Shown: positions 49,616 to 62,582, numbered from the whole stretch's first letter. The stretch is DNA of 63,046 nt, filler included, from Aduncisulcus paluster (GCA_024181965.1; 13 parts of 13 records of this genome joined end to end with filler, not necessarily neighbours in it); one strand, 5' to 3'. A program made the numbers and translations. Notes: generated by a model from the letters alone, not told the origin.

Positions 49616-52177
49616 CTAGAGCATTGGTAACAGATAATGAATAAGAAACACACAAACAATCTTCTCATCTTCTGTACATTCCTTCACTTTCAAGTTATCA
49701 ACACCTAATTTAGCAATCCTTTTCTTGAGTTCTTCCACAGAAAAGAAATCTTCCTTGCAAGAAGAGGATATTTTTTTGAACTCATCAAGGAGGTTGGAAC
49801 ATAATTCAATCACATGATGAGACAATTGGGACGGAGAGAAGAAGTCAGAGTTCTTTGGAGAATCGACTGGGTTCATTCCCTCACATACAAGTTTGAGAAG
49901 AGATCCAAAGAATGAGTGAGAAGACGGAAGTTCCCATTGTTTGGCTCTATCCAACAAAACGCTATGGTTGACACATACGTCTGGTTTTATACTGGGAAAT
50001 GCAGGTCTCCATCCAAAGCTCCAACTAAGGATACTCAAGGAAAGAGAAGAGAAGGGAAGAGATGTGAAGAGATGCGTAGCCAGGGTAAGAGATGACGCAT
50101 GCTCATCATTCTTACAGATAACACTAGACTCATCAGAAGATGATTCGATCGATCCATCATCAATTGCATCGTTATTAGTCCATGAATACGAGTCAAGATC
50201 GGTCACAGCTCCGAAGTCATCTTGTTTAAGATCAAAAGCATTCTGGAGGACATCATCATCTCCAACTGGAATTCCAGCATTCTCTACCTCTTCATCTATC
50301 TTCTCCTCCTCTTCTTCTCCTGCGTTTTGTTCATGTTCCTTAGAAATAACACTACTTGACTCGTCCTCCTCTTCCTTTTCCTCAACCTCTTCCTCCTCTT
50401 CAATCAATGAATTCACAATCGTGCACAATTTATGCAGAATGTCGTTTTCATATTCAGTTTCATTTATAATAGATTGCCGGATGATATTCTCCCCAGACTC
50501 AATATGATCTTCCTCCTCTTCCTCCTCCTCTTCCTCTTCCTCTTCCTCTTCCTCGTATTCCTGCTACTCCTCTTNNNNNNNNNNNNNNNNNNNNCTCCAA
50601 CTGGAATTCCAGCATTCTCTACCTCTTCATCTATCTTCTCCTCCTCTTCTTCTCCTGCGTTTTGTTCATGTTCCTTAGAAATAACACTACTTGACTCGTC
50701 CTCCTCTTCCTTTTCCTCAACCTCTTCCTCCTCTTCAATCAATGAATTCACAATCGTGCACAATTTATGCAGAATGTCGTTTTCATATTCAGTTTCATTT
50801 ATAATAGATTGCCGGATGATATTCTCCCCAGACTCAATATGATCTTCCTCCTCTTCCTCCTCCTCTTCCTCTTCCTCTTCCTCTTCCTCGTATTCCTGCT
50901 CCTCCTCTTCTTCCTCTTCTCCTAGGTCCTCTAGAGGACCTTTCTTCCCACGCTTGGCCTCATCATTCCTCTTGACACCCCTCACCATCTTGCACTCAGC
51001 TTCACATTCCTCAGTGACAGTGACCCCACAGAGACCTTTCATAAAGGTGTATGTATGTGTATGGAGGATTGATAAGTTGGGGTAGTTAAGGGAGAGGCAG
51101 AAGAGACGATGAGGGAGCTGTAAGAGGAAAGTATTCAACAAAAGACATGAAATAGAAGCGAAACTAACAGAATATTCACGGTGCTGACGTTCTTTGATCC
51201 TTTCTTTCTCGACGGAGTTCTCATCAAACCTCTCGGTCGACCAGTGAGCGGGCATACCATCGTTGTTGCCAAGAGATGGCCACTTCCCAAATTGGAATTC
51301 TGTCCTCCACGAATGAGGTTCATTATTGATAAACGTAAAGAACTCTGAGAAACTTGTCGTCATTTCTCCAATTGAGGCCAAAAAGTCAGTAAACACACTC
51401 TTTTCGATACCCCATACATAAGGCATATATAAGGACCTAGGATAATTATATTTCATTGTCTCTTCATGTTCTTTGTCAGGACACTGTAAATCAGCTTCGT
51501 CGATGAAAGACTGTGTTTCTGAAGTGACGACCTGGGCAGGAGTCTCGGATCTATGTTTATCTGAATCCTCGCTGTTTAGAACGTCAACTCCCGTATCGTC
51601 TGATCTGGATAGTCCTTCGCCTTCGTCATCGATGACTACAGGTCTGCCGTGAGAAGAGGAGGAGGTAGAGGCAGAGATATTCGACTCAGTGGTACAAATG
51701 GTGCAGGTCGTAACGTCAGTCTTTCCCTCACCAAGGCACATAAATTTCTCTTCTTGAGGAGTTAAAACACCATTCGAGTTCCAGCACCACCCTTGCTTGG
51801 TATTTGCCTTCATCATCTCAAACTCTTCCTTCTTTTCATAGAGATACGGCCAAAACGGAGCACGAACACGTTTTTGGAAGAGAGGAGGCACATCGTCTTT
51901 GTCTTTTTCAGGTTCAACGGTAATTGTAGAAATCCGTTCGGCAAGATCGGACACGGAATCCATTTGCGAAATTTTGCGTTGCTTCTCAATGTCGTGTACA
52001 TATCGTCCAAGTAACACCTCGCTAGAGCATCGACCATGCGATCTATCGTTTGTGCGGAGAACATAGGCCTTTGAGGACAAAGGAATCCGTAATTTCATGA
52101 GGGTTGTGTCGGATTCATTACCGACATCAGGAAGAGAAGGTTCCTCGTCATTCGACGCGTCATCATCATCGTAAGCA
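49616..52177 (-). CDS. Acidic hypothetical protein, 5'-partial, split by a gap artefact
   Basis: ORFs 50464-52098 and 49616-50428 join after collapsing the 315-bp duplicate (50260-50574 = 50595-50909); frame is open to the contig edge. Confidence 0.7.
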
Positions 52178-52277
52178 NNNNNNNNNNNNNNNNNNNNNNN
52201 NNNNNNNNNNNNNNNNNNNNNTTAATTAATTAANNNNNNNNNNNNNNNNNNNNNNNNNNNNNNNNNNNNNNNNNNNN

Positions 52278-52554
52278 CATCGAGGTCACCGTCACATATG
52301 AGGATGCTGATCTCAGTCAGTTGGAGAAGGTCACTCTGCATAAGAAGACCAAATATGCTTCCTTAAGTAATGTTATAGTTATGGCATTTGGTCACGCGGG
52401 CATCTATCTCCCATCAGTTATTGAGGAAATTAAGGACTTGCTGCCATTCTCCGACCGTCAGGCATTTAGAATTGCTGACGATGGTGCACGAATAGCAATG
52501 AAAGAATCATGCAGAATCTTGAGAAAGCGCTTCTCTCAATCCCAACACCTTTAA
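52278..52554 (+). mobile_element. 3' end of a REL-endonuclease non-LTR retrotransposon ORF
   Basis: IEVTVTYEDADL..EK...KKTKY..VIVMAFG; shares YEDAxL..EK with the 42054-42332 fragment. Confidence 0.75.
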
Positions 52555-52954
52555 TTCAATCAGGAGCGGTTGAATCCTCATCGAAGATGTCGACACTGCC
52601 GACTCAGACAGAAGACTCAAAAAAGAACAACATTGCTTCGGTGCTTATTAGTTTGGACTCATAGTGTTAATAATGCTATTACAGAATCTCTTTGACCTTC
52701 CTCTCAGTGTTCCTCATTCTGATACTCTACTATGACAAATCATTATCATATCTGTTTTGCTCTCTCCTCCTCTGACCTATCGCTGCGATTTGGAGATGAT
52801 GAGGGCCAGTCATGAACGATGATGTCCTCCTCGACCTCCCAGTGCCTAGGGCATCGAGTTCCGTACGCCCAACAGGGTTAGGTTTATTTATGAATTCTTT
52901 TTTCCTATCGGTTTTCTTTCTTAAATAAATATTATTACTATACCATGGGAAACG

Positions 52955-53130
52955 TATATATTACCTAACTATACGGATTCTATACTATAGAGTTTGGTAG
53001 TACCAAACTATACGGTAACTATACGGTGGGTATCTATACGGTAACTATACGCAACTATACCAAACTGTACGGAACTATACCAAACTATACAGAGTATAGA
53101 ACAGTATATGTTCCAGATACTATACAAACT
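52955..53130. repeat. Degenerate ~10-11-bp repeats with core AACTATAC(GG/CA)
   Basis: About ten CTATAC/CTGTAC cores read directly. Confidence 0.75.
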
Positions 53131-53309
53131 GTGTATAGTATACCTCAATAAAAGTGATTGTGGAGCATGCTATAGTAAAGATACAGAGATTCTGAAAAAG
53201 AAAGGCATATATAGAGGGTGGTTAATGAAAGAATATATAAATAGATTCTTGAGAAAGTCAACAGTTCTTGAGATACAGGGGTCAACTTTGAGGTATACAA
53301 TACTATACT

Positions 53310-53978
53310 ATGTACTATACTACTAGAGACTTCCGGATGATGAGTAGAGATGAAAAACGTGCACAATTCCGAACAAGACAGTTTGAATCAGACGATCTCG
53401 ATGGTATTTGTTCTTTTACTTTACAGTTGGCAAGGAAAGCAGACTTCCATTCCGTGAAATACAGTGGCATCACAGGTGATGTTTCTTCAGTGTCAGTGCC
53501 TCAGGATGAGCCTGAAAAAGACAGATCAGAAAAACACAAAAGACATACCAGTGACAGTGGACCCCATTCTTTTGACAGTGACTTTAAAATGTCCAGGAGT
53601 TATGGAAACCCCATTGGAACAGGTTCTTTTGGCAGCAGTGCAGGCACGACAGTGACGGGCAGACCGGTAACACAAAACTTAACGACTCAGAGATACCCCA
53701 GAACAGATCCGAAGCCGAGATGTATTTATTGTGGACAGGCGAATCATTGGGTGTGGGAATGCACACACAGAAACGCACAGATACCGAGAAAACAGACGTA
53801 CTCAGATGAATGGAGACGCTACAGTGCTATCTTAACTCAGAAAGGTCGAACCGACGTGAAAAGATTATTCAATGCATTCTGGATAGAGTGTCTGGAAGAA
53901 GGCAGAGCCAGTGGAATCAGACCACCTCAGACAACAACAGGAACAAGCAGTGAGCAGAATCAAAGTGAGCAGGGTGTC
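53310..53978 (+). mobile_element. Gag-like ORF with CCHC zinc knuckle, 3'-partial
   Basis: CIYCGQANHWVWEC fits CX2CX4HX4C; TE-rich context. Confidence 0.65.
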
Positions 53979-54078
53979 NNNNNNNNNNNNNNNNNNNNNN
54001 NNNNNNNNNNNNNNNNNNNNNNTTAATTAATTAANNNNNNNNNNNNNNNNNNNNNNNNNNNNNNNNNNNNNNNNNNNN

Positions 54079-54149
54079 ATGGTGGTCCCCCCGGTCACCA
54101 TCACCCTCCTCCTGGCCCTGGTGGATTCTGCTGCTGTTCTATCATGTAA
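54079..54149 (+). CDS. His/Gly/Pro-rich CaaX peptide 1, 5'-partial (not in ORF track)
   Basis: ..GGPPGHHHPPPGPGGFCCCSIM*. Confidence 0.8.
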
Positions 54150-54346
54150 ATTCCTCCATGATTATCTGTATATTGTTCTCTCGTCCTTAAACGTATAACA
54201 CATCCCTTAATGTCTTTGCTTTTGAGTTTTGTTGTGAAATTACATTTCTCTACGTTACTTCACTTTCCCTTCCCTATTGTTTCCGCTATTCTAATTCTCC
54301 TCTTTGAATTGAATTTATGCATATCCCCTTGATATCCCTCTTTTCA

Positions 54347-54658
54347 TAATAAAACTCAATTGTTCTCTTCCTTTTTGTAATCCATCTTCCAACTCTTTCT
54401 CGTTTCATATCTTTTCCTATCCTCGATATTCATATGCATCAGTGAATCCTGTTTTGTTTATTTTGCGGCAGAAATTGTGAGTAACCCTCGCCTTGGGAGA
54501 GGTATTGTCCCACCAAATTCAATTTGTCCAGAAATGCTTATATCTCTGAAATAAAAAGCAATATATATCGTGAATAATGCATACCAATTAATTTGTCCCA
54601 TGAATATACCCGATATACACACATATATATTCATACCTAATCGAATTCTGTTTTTCTT
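54347..54658 (+). promoter_or_regulatory. Conserved upstream block of peptide 2
   Basis: Identical to 55023-55332 apart from one 2-nt indel; ends 16 nt before the ATG. Confidence 0.6.
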
Positions 54659-54674
54659 GATAAACAAACTCACA

Positions 54675-54914
54675 ATGGAAATGCATCATCACCACGGCGG
54701 TCCACATGGTGGACCTCATCACGGAGGATTTGGTGGACCCCATCATGGTCCACATGGAGGCCCTCACCATGGCGGATTTGGTGGACCCCATCATGGACCT
54801 CCCCATGGTCATTTTGGACCACCCCACCATCATCATGGTCCTCCTCATCATCATCATGGTGGCCCTCCTCCTCCCGGTGGATTTGGCGGATATTGTTGCT
54901 GCTCTATCATGTAA
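54675..54914 (+). CDS. His/Gly/Pro-rich CaaX peptide 2 (79 aa)
   Basis: [16 protein letters not shown]...[16 protein letters not shown]; 24 His. Confidence 0.88.
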   Translation: MEMHHHHGGPHGGPHHGGFGGPHHGPHGGPHHGGFGGPHHGPPHGHFGPPHHHHGPPHHHHGGPPPPGGFGGYCCCSIM

Positions 54915-55022
54915 TATCATCCTGCTCGACATAACGACTCTTGACATATATTTTCAAATCTTTCGTTGTAGTCATTTTTGAATTGAATTGTTCGTATTTC
55001 ATTGATTTCTCATAACTTATCT

Positions 55023-55332
55023 TAATAAAACTCAATTGTTCTTCCTTTTTGTAATCCATCTTCCAACTCTTTCTCGTTTCATATCTTTTCCTATCCTCGA
55101 TATTCATATGCATCAGTGAATCCTGTTTTGTTTATTTTGCGGCAGAAATTGTGAGTAACCCTCGCCTTGGGAGAGGTATTGTCCCACCAAATTCAATTTG
55201 TCCAGAAATGCTTATATCTCTGAAATAAAAAGCAATATATATCGTGAATAATGCATACCAATTAATTTGTCCCATGAATATACCCGATATACACACATAT
55301 ATATTCATACCTAATCGAATTCTGTTTTTCTT
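55023..55332 (+). promoter_or_regulatory. Conserved upstream block of peptide 3
   Basis: Copy of 54347-54658; ends 24 nt before the ATG. Confidence 0.6.
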
Positions 55333-55356
55333 CCGAACAGAATCTCTCCTTAGCAA

Positions 55357-55497
55357 ATGCCTCCTCACCACGGTCCTCCACCACCACATCATCATGGCCC
55401 ACCACCACCACACTACCATGGTGGTCCCCATCATGGTCCTCATGGAATCCCTCCCGGACCTCCTCCTCGTAGATGCTGTTGTTGCACTATTATGTAA
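55357..55497 (+). CDS. His/Gly/Pro-rich CaaX peptide 3 (46 aa; not in ORF track)
   Basis: [46 protein letters not shown]. Confidence 0.85.
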   Translation: MPPHHGPPPPHHHGPPPPHYHGGPHHGPHGIPPGPPPRRCCCCTIM

Positions 55498-55772
55498 ATA
55501 GCGATCAATATCGTATTTGTTGCTCGATTATTTTCGGCTCCGTTAGTCTTGATAGCTTTCATCATGAGAAAACTGCCTTTACTGTTTTCAGATTCTTCTC
55601 AACTTTTTTTTTTTTTTTTTTTTTTATTTTATGAAGTTTGATTTAGGCCACAGAATCAATTTGTGGATTAAAAATCTAGATAAATTTGTCCAATAAAATT
55701 TTACTCTTTCAACAGAACATTGTTGACAACATAAGATTACATTTCAAATAGCAACACTCATTGAATTGGGTC

Positions 55773-56980
55773 CTATTCTTTCCATTCACCCTCATACACA
55801 TCCCCATTAGCATATGTGCATTTCCCCTTACCACATTTGCGGTTTCCTTTCCATTGACCCTCATACACATCTCCATTGATATAATGTTGAACACCATATC
55901 CCTCACGAAGACCATTCTTCCAGGTCCCTTCATAGACGTCACCGTTCCTGAACTTTGCAACACCTTGTCCATCACGTTGCCCACCAACCCACTCTCCACA
56001 ATATTCATCACCAGTTGCAAACACCATCTTCCCTTCCTTCCCTTCTCTTACTCCTCTCTTCCATGGGCCCTCGTAATAGTCTCCATTCTGATACCTGCAT
56101 CGTCCTTCACCTTCCCTAACACCTTCCACAAATGACCCCTCGTACACATCCCCTGAAGGCTCTTTCAAGGTTCCATAACCGGTAACCTTATCCTTAACCC
56201 AATTTCCACTGTATACCTGGCCACTGCAGAGGTTGATTGTCCCATATCCATCTCTGAGCCCATCTTTCCACTCTCCATCGTATGTGTCTCCAGTATTGTA
56301 TGTCATAATGCCTTGCCCATGGGGTTTTCCTTCTTTCCAGGCCCCTTTGTATGAATCTCCATCGAAATAGTCAACCTCTCCGATCCCATCTTGAAGATCA
56401 TTGAGCCACTCCCCATTATATTCATCCCCATTACAAGAAATATATGTTCCATGCCCGTGACGGAGTGCACCCTTGAATTGACCACTATACTTTGAACCAT
56501 CAGCATACACAGCATCGCCAAGTCCTTCCCTTTTCCATATGACCTCAAAGGATATGCCAGATGCAGCGGTGAATGTGCCACTCCCAACCATCTCCCCTTC
56601 TACCCACTCTCCATTGTATACAGATCCGTCAGGATACTTGAGGACTGCAGGACCGTGGAGGGAATCTTTATCCCACATCCCATCATAGACAACTCCATCT
56701 GTGGTGGTAAGCACACCTCGGCCAGACCTCACCCCATCAACCCATTCTCCTTCATGAGCATCTCCGTTGCTGTATCTCATCTCTCCCCTTCCGCAGGCCT
56801 TGTCATCTTTCCACATTCCTTCGTAAACATCTCCGCTAGCGAATATCATTTTTCCAACGCCTTCACGCACACCCCCAACACTCTCTCCTTCGTACACGTC
56901 TCCACTAATAAAGATGATCTTCCCTTCTCCATTGGGGAGGTCGTCCTTCCACGTTCCTTCATAGACATCACCAGTGCCAT
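55773..56980 (-). CDS. MORN-repeat protein, 5'-partial
   Basis: Many YEGxWxxGxxxGxG 23-aa repeats; frame is open to the contig edge. Confidence 0.93.
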
Positions 56981-57537
56981 NNNNNNNNNNNNNNNNNNNN
57001 NNNNNNNNNNNNNNNNNNNNNNNNTTAATTAATTAANNNNNNNNNNNNNNNNNNNNNNNNNNNNNNNNNNNNNNNNNNNNAATGAATAATAATGATAAGT
57101 AAAAAAGAGGATAGATAGAAAAAAACATACGCTTTCGTAAATGGGAGATATATACATCCATTTTTCCAATATTTTTTTTAATTTCGTTAACCACTTGTTC
57201 AAAATTGAAAAATTCCATAATATTGTGTTTCAAAATAAATAATTTCTTGACGAAAACGAACAAAATCATTGTTTGTCAAGATCAAATGAATGGGATATTA
57301 TAAGAGGATAAATTATTAACCACTAATTTTATATTTTATTTTTCTTTCGTTTATTTTCTTCATATGAAAAGCCTTCCGTCAGAAAATTCTTTTCATCCTC
57401 TCTTGCCTTAGGAAAGATATTACGAAAATAAAAAACATTCCATCAAATTTTATTCTTATTTCAATTTATAATATCTCCGATATCAGTTTGACTAATCCTT
57501 GATGTGAGCTTTGTGGTGAATTCCTACGAATTTGACG

Positions 57538-60500
57538 ATGCCACAAATATCTTTGGATCCAACAATTGATCGATTTGTACAATATTTGCTGTTGAAGGCA
57601 TCCAGCAGCAAAAATTGGGCACAATTAACTAAAAAACAAAAAATGGCCATAACAAGGGTAAAAGAACAAATTGGAGATGATTTGTTCAAAAAATACGAAA
57701 ATATGGCCAGAAATACGAGAAAACGTCTTAAAGGACTCGAAAGATCATATAGAAAACAATTTGTTGAGCAAGAGGAGCTTGCACTGGCGAAAAATCAAGC
57801 GAGAGTATTTAAAAAACTCGGAATAATTGATGAAGATGATATATTAGCCAAGGATGATGATAAATTAGATGTTGATGATGAAGAAAGAGTTGTTATCTCG
57901 ACACCTACAACTACTGTCGCTGCTGTCACCTCTACTCCCACCTCCACGGCTTCTAAAGTTGTCTCGACGCCAACCACTGTACCTACTGAGGTTATCTCGA
58001 CTCTTAATACGACAGCACCTGAAAAAATTGAAATGACCGAAGACGATGATTCCAAGTCAGCCTCTGGCAGTGTTCCTTCCGAAAGCTCCAGTCAAGATAA
58101 TTATATTTCCTCTATTCATGTTAAAAATACCCACACTCCATTGCAACCATCTAAGCTCTCCTCAATAACTCCAGTTCCACAGAAATCCTCGACTCTGTCC
58201 AGAATGTCATCGACACCAGTGGAACCACAGCACAAACAGAAACCTTCCTCTCTTCCCCCCTCCTTAAGTCTTGATCTCTCACTCCTTTTGCCCCCTCCCA
58301 CGCCTGTCCATCCATCAAACCTCACTCCAGCCACTAAACAGGCCTCTCTCCTCCTCTCGCCTCTCTCCTGTCCACCAATTCCTTCCATTGTTGCCATGTC
58401 CCACTCATATGCCCCCGCACTCTTCTCTATCATTGAGTTCCAACGCTCTGTCGTGGTGAGTTGTATTGCACGGATNNNNNNNNNNNNNNNNNNNNCCATC
58501 TAAGCTCTCCTCAATAACTCCAGTTCCACAGAAATCCTCGACTCTGTCCAGAATGTCATCGACACCAGTGGAACCACAGCACAAACAGAAACCTTCCTCT
58601 CTTCCCCCCTCCTTAAGTCTTGATCTCTCACTCCTTTTGCCCCCTCCCACGCCTGTCCATCCATCAAAACTCACTCCAGCCACTAAACAGGCCTCTCTCC
58701 TCCTCTCGCCTCTCTCCTGTCCACCAATTCCTTCCATTGTTGCCATGTCCCACTCATATGCCCCCGCACTCTTCTCTATCATTGAGTTCCAACGCTCTGT
58801 CGTGGTGAGTTGTATTGCACGGATGCTTGAGAAAGAAAGCGAATACAACGAGGCCACAGTTAAGAAAAACAAGGCCTGTGATGATCTCCGTGCTTCATTG
58901 AGGACATCTGTCCAAGAACGGGTTAAAATCACTGAAGAAAGGGAGAATCTGCGTGAGAAAGTACGTGAGCTTGAAGCGGAGGTTTGGAAAGCCAATGAGG
59001 ATGTCAAACAATTCAGAAATGAAAGAGATAAAGAGACACAACGTGTCAAATCCAAGGAAGAAGAGATAGCTATTCTAAAACGAGGACTCTTTGATGGTTC
59101 TCTTACTTTACGAACCAGCGACTCAATTCATCCTTCAATCGCTCAGACTTCTTCTTCTCTTCATGATACTTCTTCCTCTTCCTCCTCCTCTTCATCTTCC
59201 TCTTCACTTATTTCAGCATTGCACCATATTCATTCCTCTTCTTCACATACAGGGTCACTGCACCAAGTAGAACAAACCTTAGCCATGACAAGGGAAGAGC
59301 TTGTTAGGGCACGTAATGCACTGACACGGAAAGAAGAAGAGTTTTCGAAGGAACATGCACTAAGAGAGCAAGTTGAAGAAGAAAGAGAACAAGTCAAGCT
59401 TGAGAATGCTGCTTTACTACGTCGTTTGAGAGTAGAAGAAGAAGAGTATCAAAAGAATCAAAAGAGTGTTGAACAACAACATGCTCAGGATCTAAGAGAA
59501 AAGAAAGAGGCCCCAATACCCCCTTCTACTGGTGCTGTTCTCTCTAGATATATCAAAGAGAATGAGGAATTACAGCTAGATCTTGAGAATGTTCGAAATG
59601 AACGTGATTTATTAAAGAGTGAGATTGTCAGGCTTACTTCGGATCAACCACGGCCGCCACCGACGTATTACTCTCCTGAGGAGGTCAAATCTCTCCGTAT
59701 GATCCATCATAACTCTCAGAATTTCCTTTCATCCCTAATATCTTCCCACTCTCCTGTTTCTCTCCCCGCCTTACGTGATTCTTTATCTGCTTTCCAAGAA
59801 ATGTTTAAAAGGGAACTTAAAACTGTTTATGAGAGTATTGCAGTTGGTGTTGCTAAATTCGTTTGCAGTGTTGGTGCAGTATTTGACTGTGAAGAGGAAG
59901 TGCGAGAGGCTGCTGTTCTTTGCGGGACAGATAAAAGAGCCAGGAAGCAAAGTGGCATAAGGAAGCAAAGTGGCATAAGGAAGCAAAGTGGCACACGGAA
60001 AGGTAAGAGAGAGAGAGAGAGAGAGAGGAGAGGGTTGTTTAGAGGAAGTACACGTTTAAACAATACAAGCGATAATTCCGTCAATGCTGATGCTCATTTT
60101 AAGACATTCCATGGTGATCAGTTTACTGCAGTTCCATATGAAAGAGATGAAATGGATGAAAGAGATGAGCGTTTTATTGACACAGATAAAGGGCAGCAAC
60201 AGCAACAGTCTGTACATGTATTACAACAACATGAGGGAGGAGAGTACAGTATAGATGGTGTTTTTGAGGATGTACAGAATAGTTATCTTAGCAGAGATGA
60301 ATCACACCATCCATTGTCATTGCACTCCCATACTGTGGTTAGTGAAGAAGACTCAGCTCATTACTATTCCGACCAGCACTCAGAGCAGTCCCATAAAATA
60401 ATGAGTACTGACAGACGTAATCCGATAGCCTCAAGGCACCATCTTGAAGCTGATGAAGAGGAAGTTGGTGAAGAGGAAGTTGATGAAGAGCATCCACGTC

Positions 60501-60899
60501 AACCTTCCACAGCTCAGCATAAAGGTGTCAAGTCTTTTGTCAACACAACCATTTCCAAGTCAACCTCAATGGAACATTCCTCAGAGCATGATCATGGAAC
60601 AGATATAGCTGGTCCGGGGGTTGGAATCGGTCCTTCTTCACCATACTGGAAGGACGAAGTTAATATTAGTTTAGTATCTAAACAATCCACCAACACACAT
60701 GCATTGTTGGGCGATTCTCAATCTCTGGGATCTCCAGCTAACCGAATAGTCACTCCTATGCTTCTTACTGTGACACATCTCCAACAACACTCTCCTTCCA
60801 CGCCATCTGTGAGTCCACCGCCTGTTTCCGATGATTATCATGAACAATTATCTCCCACTCTATCTCCTTCAAGGAAACTAGATACCACTTCCTCTTCTG

Positions 60900-60937
<38 letters not shown>

Positions 60938-61118
60938 TCTTCTTCTGCTTCATACCAGAATCATCAAACAACATCTCAAATAATTCAACAGAACACTGTC
61001 AAACCACACTTTGAAGTATCCTCTTCTGAAGGAAAGACTGCTGTATCTTCAAACTCGGATCACTCCGCTGGTGATTTGTCATTGGTTACTATACAAGGAA
61101 CAACTCAAGAAACAGGAG
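57538..61118 (+). CDS. Large coiled-coil / Ser-rich protein, 3'-partial, split by a gap artefact
   Basis: ORFs 57532-58503 and 58466-61174 join after collapsing the 329-bp duplicate (58147-58475 = 58496-58824); (RKQSG[I/T])x3 near 59942-59995. Confidence 0.75.
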
Positions 61119-61218
61119 NNNNNNNNNNNNNNNNNNNNNNNNNNNNNNNNNNNNNNNNNNNNTTAATTAATTAANNNNNNNNNNNNNNNNNNNNNNNNNN
61201 NNNNNNNNNNNNNNNNNN

Positions 61219-61875
61219 AGTGTTACTTCCAAGAGGTTGATGAAGAGTTGAAGCAGATGTTCGACGGTCAGAAGTAGATGATGGAGCTCGAGTTGAAGCA
61301 GTGTCAATTCCACTTTCGTGAAGTTGATGAAGACTTGAAGTCGATGTTCGGTGATCAGAAGTAGATGATGGAGCTCGAGTTGAGATAGTGTCAGTTTCAC
61401 TTCCAAGAGGTTGGTGAAGACTTGAAGCAGATGTTCGACGGTCAGAAGCAGATGTCAGAGCACGAGTTGAGATAGGGTCAGCTGGTGGGGTCTCTTCATG
61501 GGGATCAGGAGAGTGACTGAAGGTAGTACCTTCCTCAGGAATGAGGCTATGTGGGTATTCGTACCCGAGTAGTCGTCGATGTTCCCTTATAAACTCACTG
61601 AGGGTGTCTTGGATGCTTGACAAGTCTCGTTGATGTATGCTTCCCATAAAAGAGATACGGTGAGACTTGTTCATAGAGGCGTGTCGATTTGCGCTGTTAA
61701 ATCCATAAAAGGTGGATCCACATGAGCATGAGTACTTCGCAATAACAAATTCGAGGAGTGAGCAGTGGCTCTTCCTTTGATGGGCCCTGAAGTTGGACAA
61801 GCCCATCCAACTTCGTCCACATGAACATTTAATGATGTCCGTTGGCAAACCGAGAGGATTAACTTTTCTTGGCAT
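61219..61875 (-). mobile_element. N-terminus with two C2H2-like fingers and ~30-aa S/T repeats, probably the 5' end of an R2/CRE-like retrotransposon ORF
   Basis: CSCG..F..HQRKSH and CSCG..F..H....H; 90-nt repeats encoding STRAPSSTSD.RTS.S.LHQ; truncated by the contig edge. Confidence 0.55.
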
Positions 61876-62582
61876 AGAATTGTGCAAAAACCCAAACTGT
61901 CGGATTATGTCGTTTGATGGATAAAAATGACATCAAATACTACTGATTTAGAGGATAATATGTGATAATAAGTGTAAAATACATTATTATTCTGGGTTTG
62001 CTGGGCTATCTGATTGATTCGGTTTGAATCAATTTAATTCAATGAAATGATTCGTAGGGTTCAACAGGCATTAACTATTAAAATTAATTTAATATTAAAG
62101 AAATAGAAATAATTAATAATTTGAAATTGTTTTCGCCGTGAAATTATGCCGATAGGAATTGATTCGGTTATATCCCAAAAACGGGCCAATTAAGGTAAAT
62201 TAAGAGCAGAAATATACATATTCTGGAGATGCCTATGTTATATTTGTCAAAATTAAAATGACAAAGAATAATATAGTCAGTATAGTATAGTAGTACAGTA
62301 TAGTATGAACAATTTATTAGGGTATTATATATGAACCACACATAATTGGCCTAGAGCTAATGCTCTTACGGCAGTGGCAGCCCTCACAGGGTTTGATGGG
62401 GGGGAAGATTCGAACACTCTCTTATCCATCGTCCTTATTTCACTGTCACACCAAGTGTACATTAGGTTGATAAGGGAGGAGAAGTAAGTTGTTCAACTCT
62501 TCATATATGGCAGATTTCCATTGGACATTTCTTAAGAAGAGTGTTCTTGGGGGTGCCTAAGGGCTTAGCATTCTCAATAGTC

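Noticed and set aside
50260..50909. Gap-flanking duplications (also 1038-1813, 20626-21159, 58147-58824) as real tandem duplications or proof of heterozygosity
   Set aside because: Each flanks a 20-N gap with one mismatch, and collapsing the three coding ones restores their ORFs. The 50566 variant would create a stop near a contig end, consistent with error.
54458..55501. ORF-track ORFs in or antisense to the peptide array, including the 35-aa GTG extension from 54570
   Set aside because: They are shadow frames or translations of the duplicated upstream block; the ATG-initiated CaaX frames are the coherent family.
62395..62460. tRNA-like 3' end on the minus strand (GTTCGAATC..CCCCCA)
   Set aside because: No complementary 5' acceptor strand or cloverleaf.
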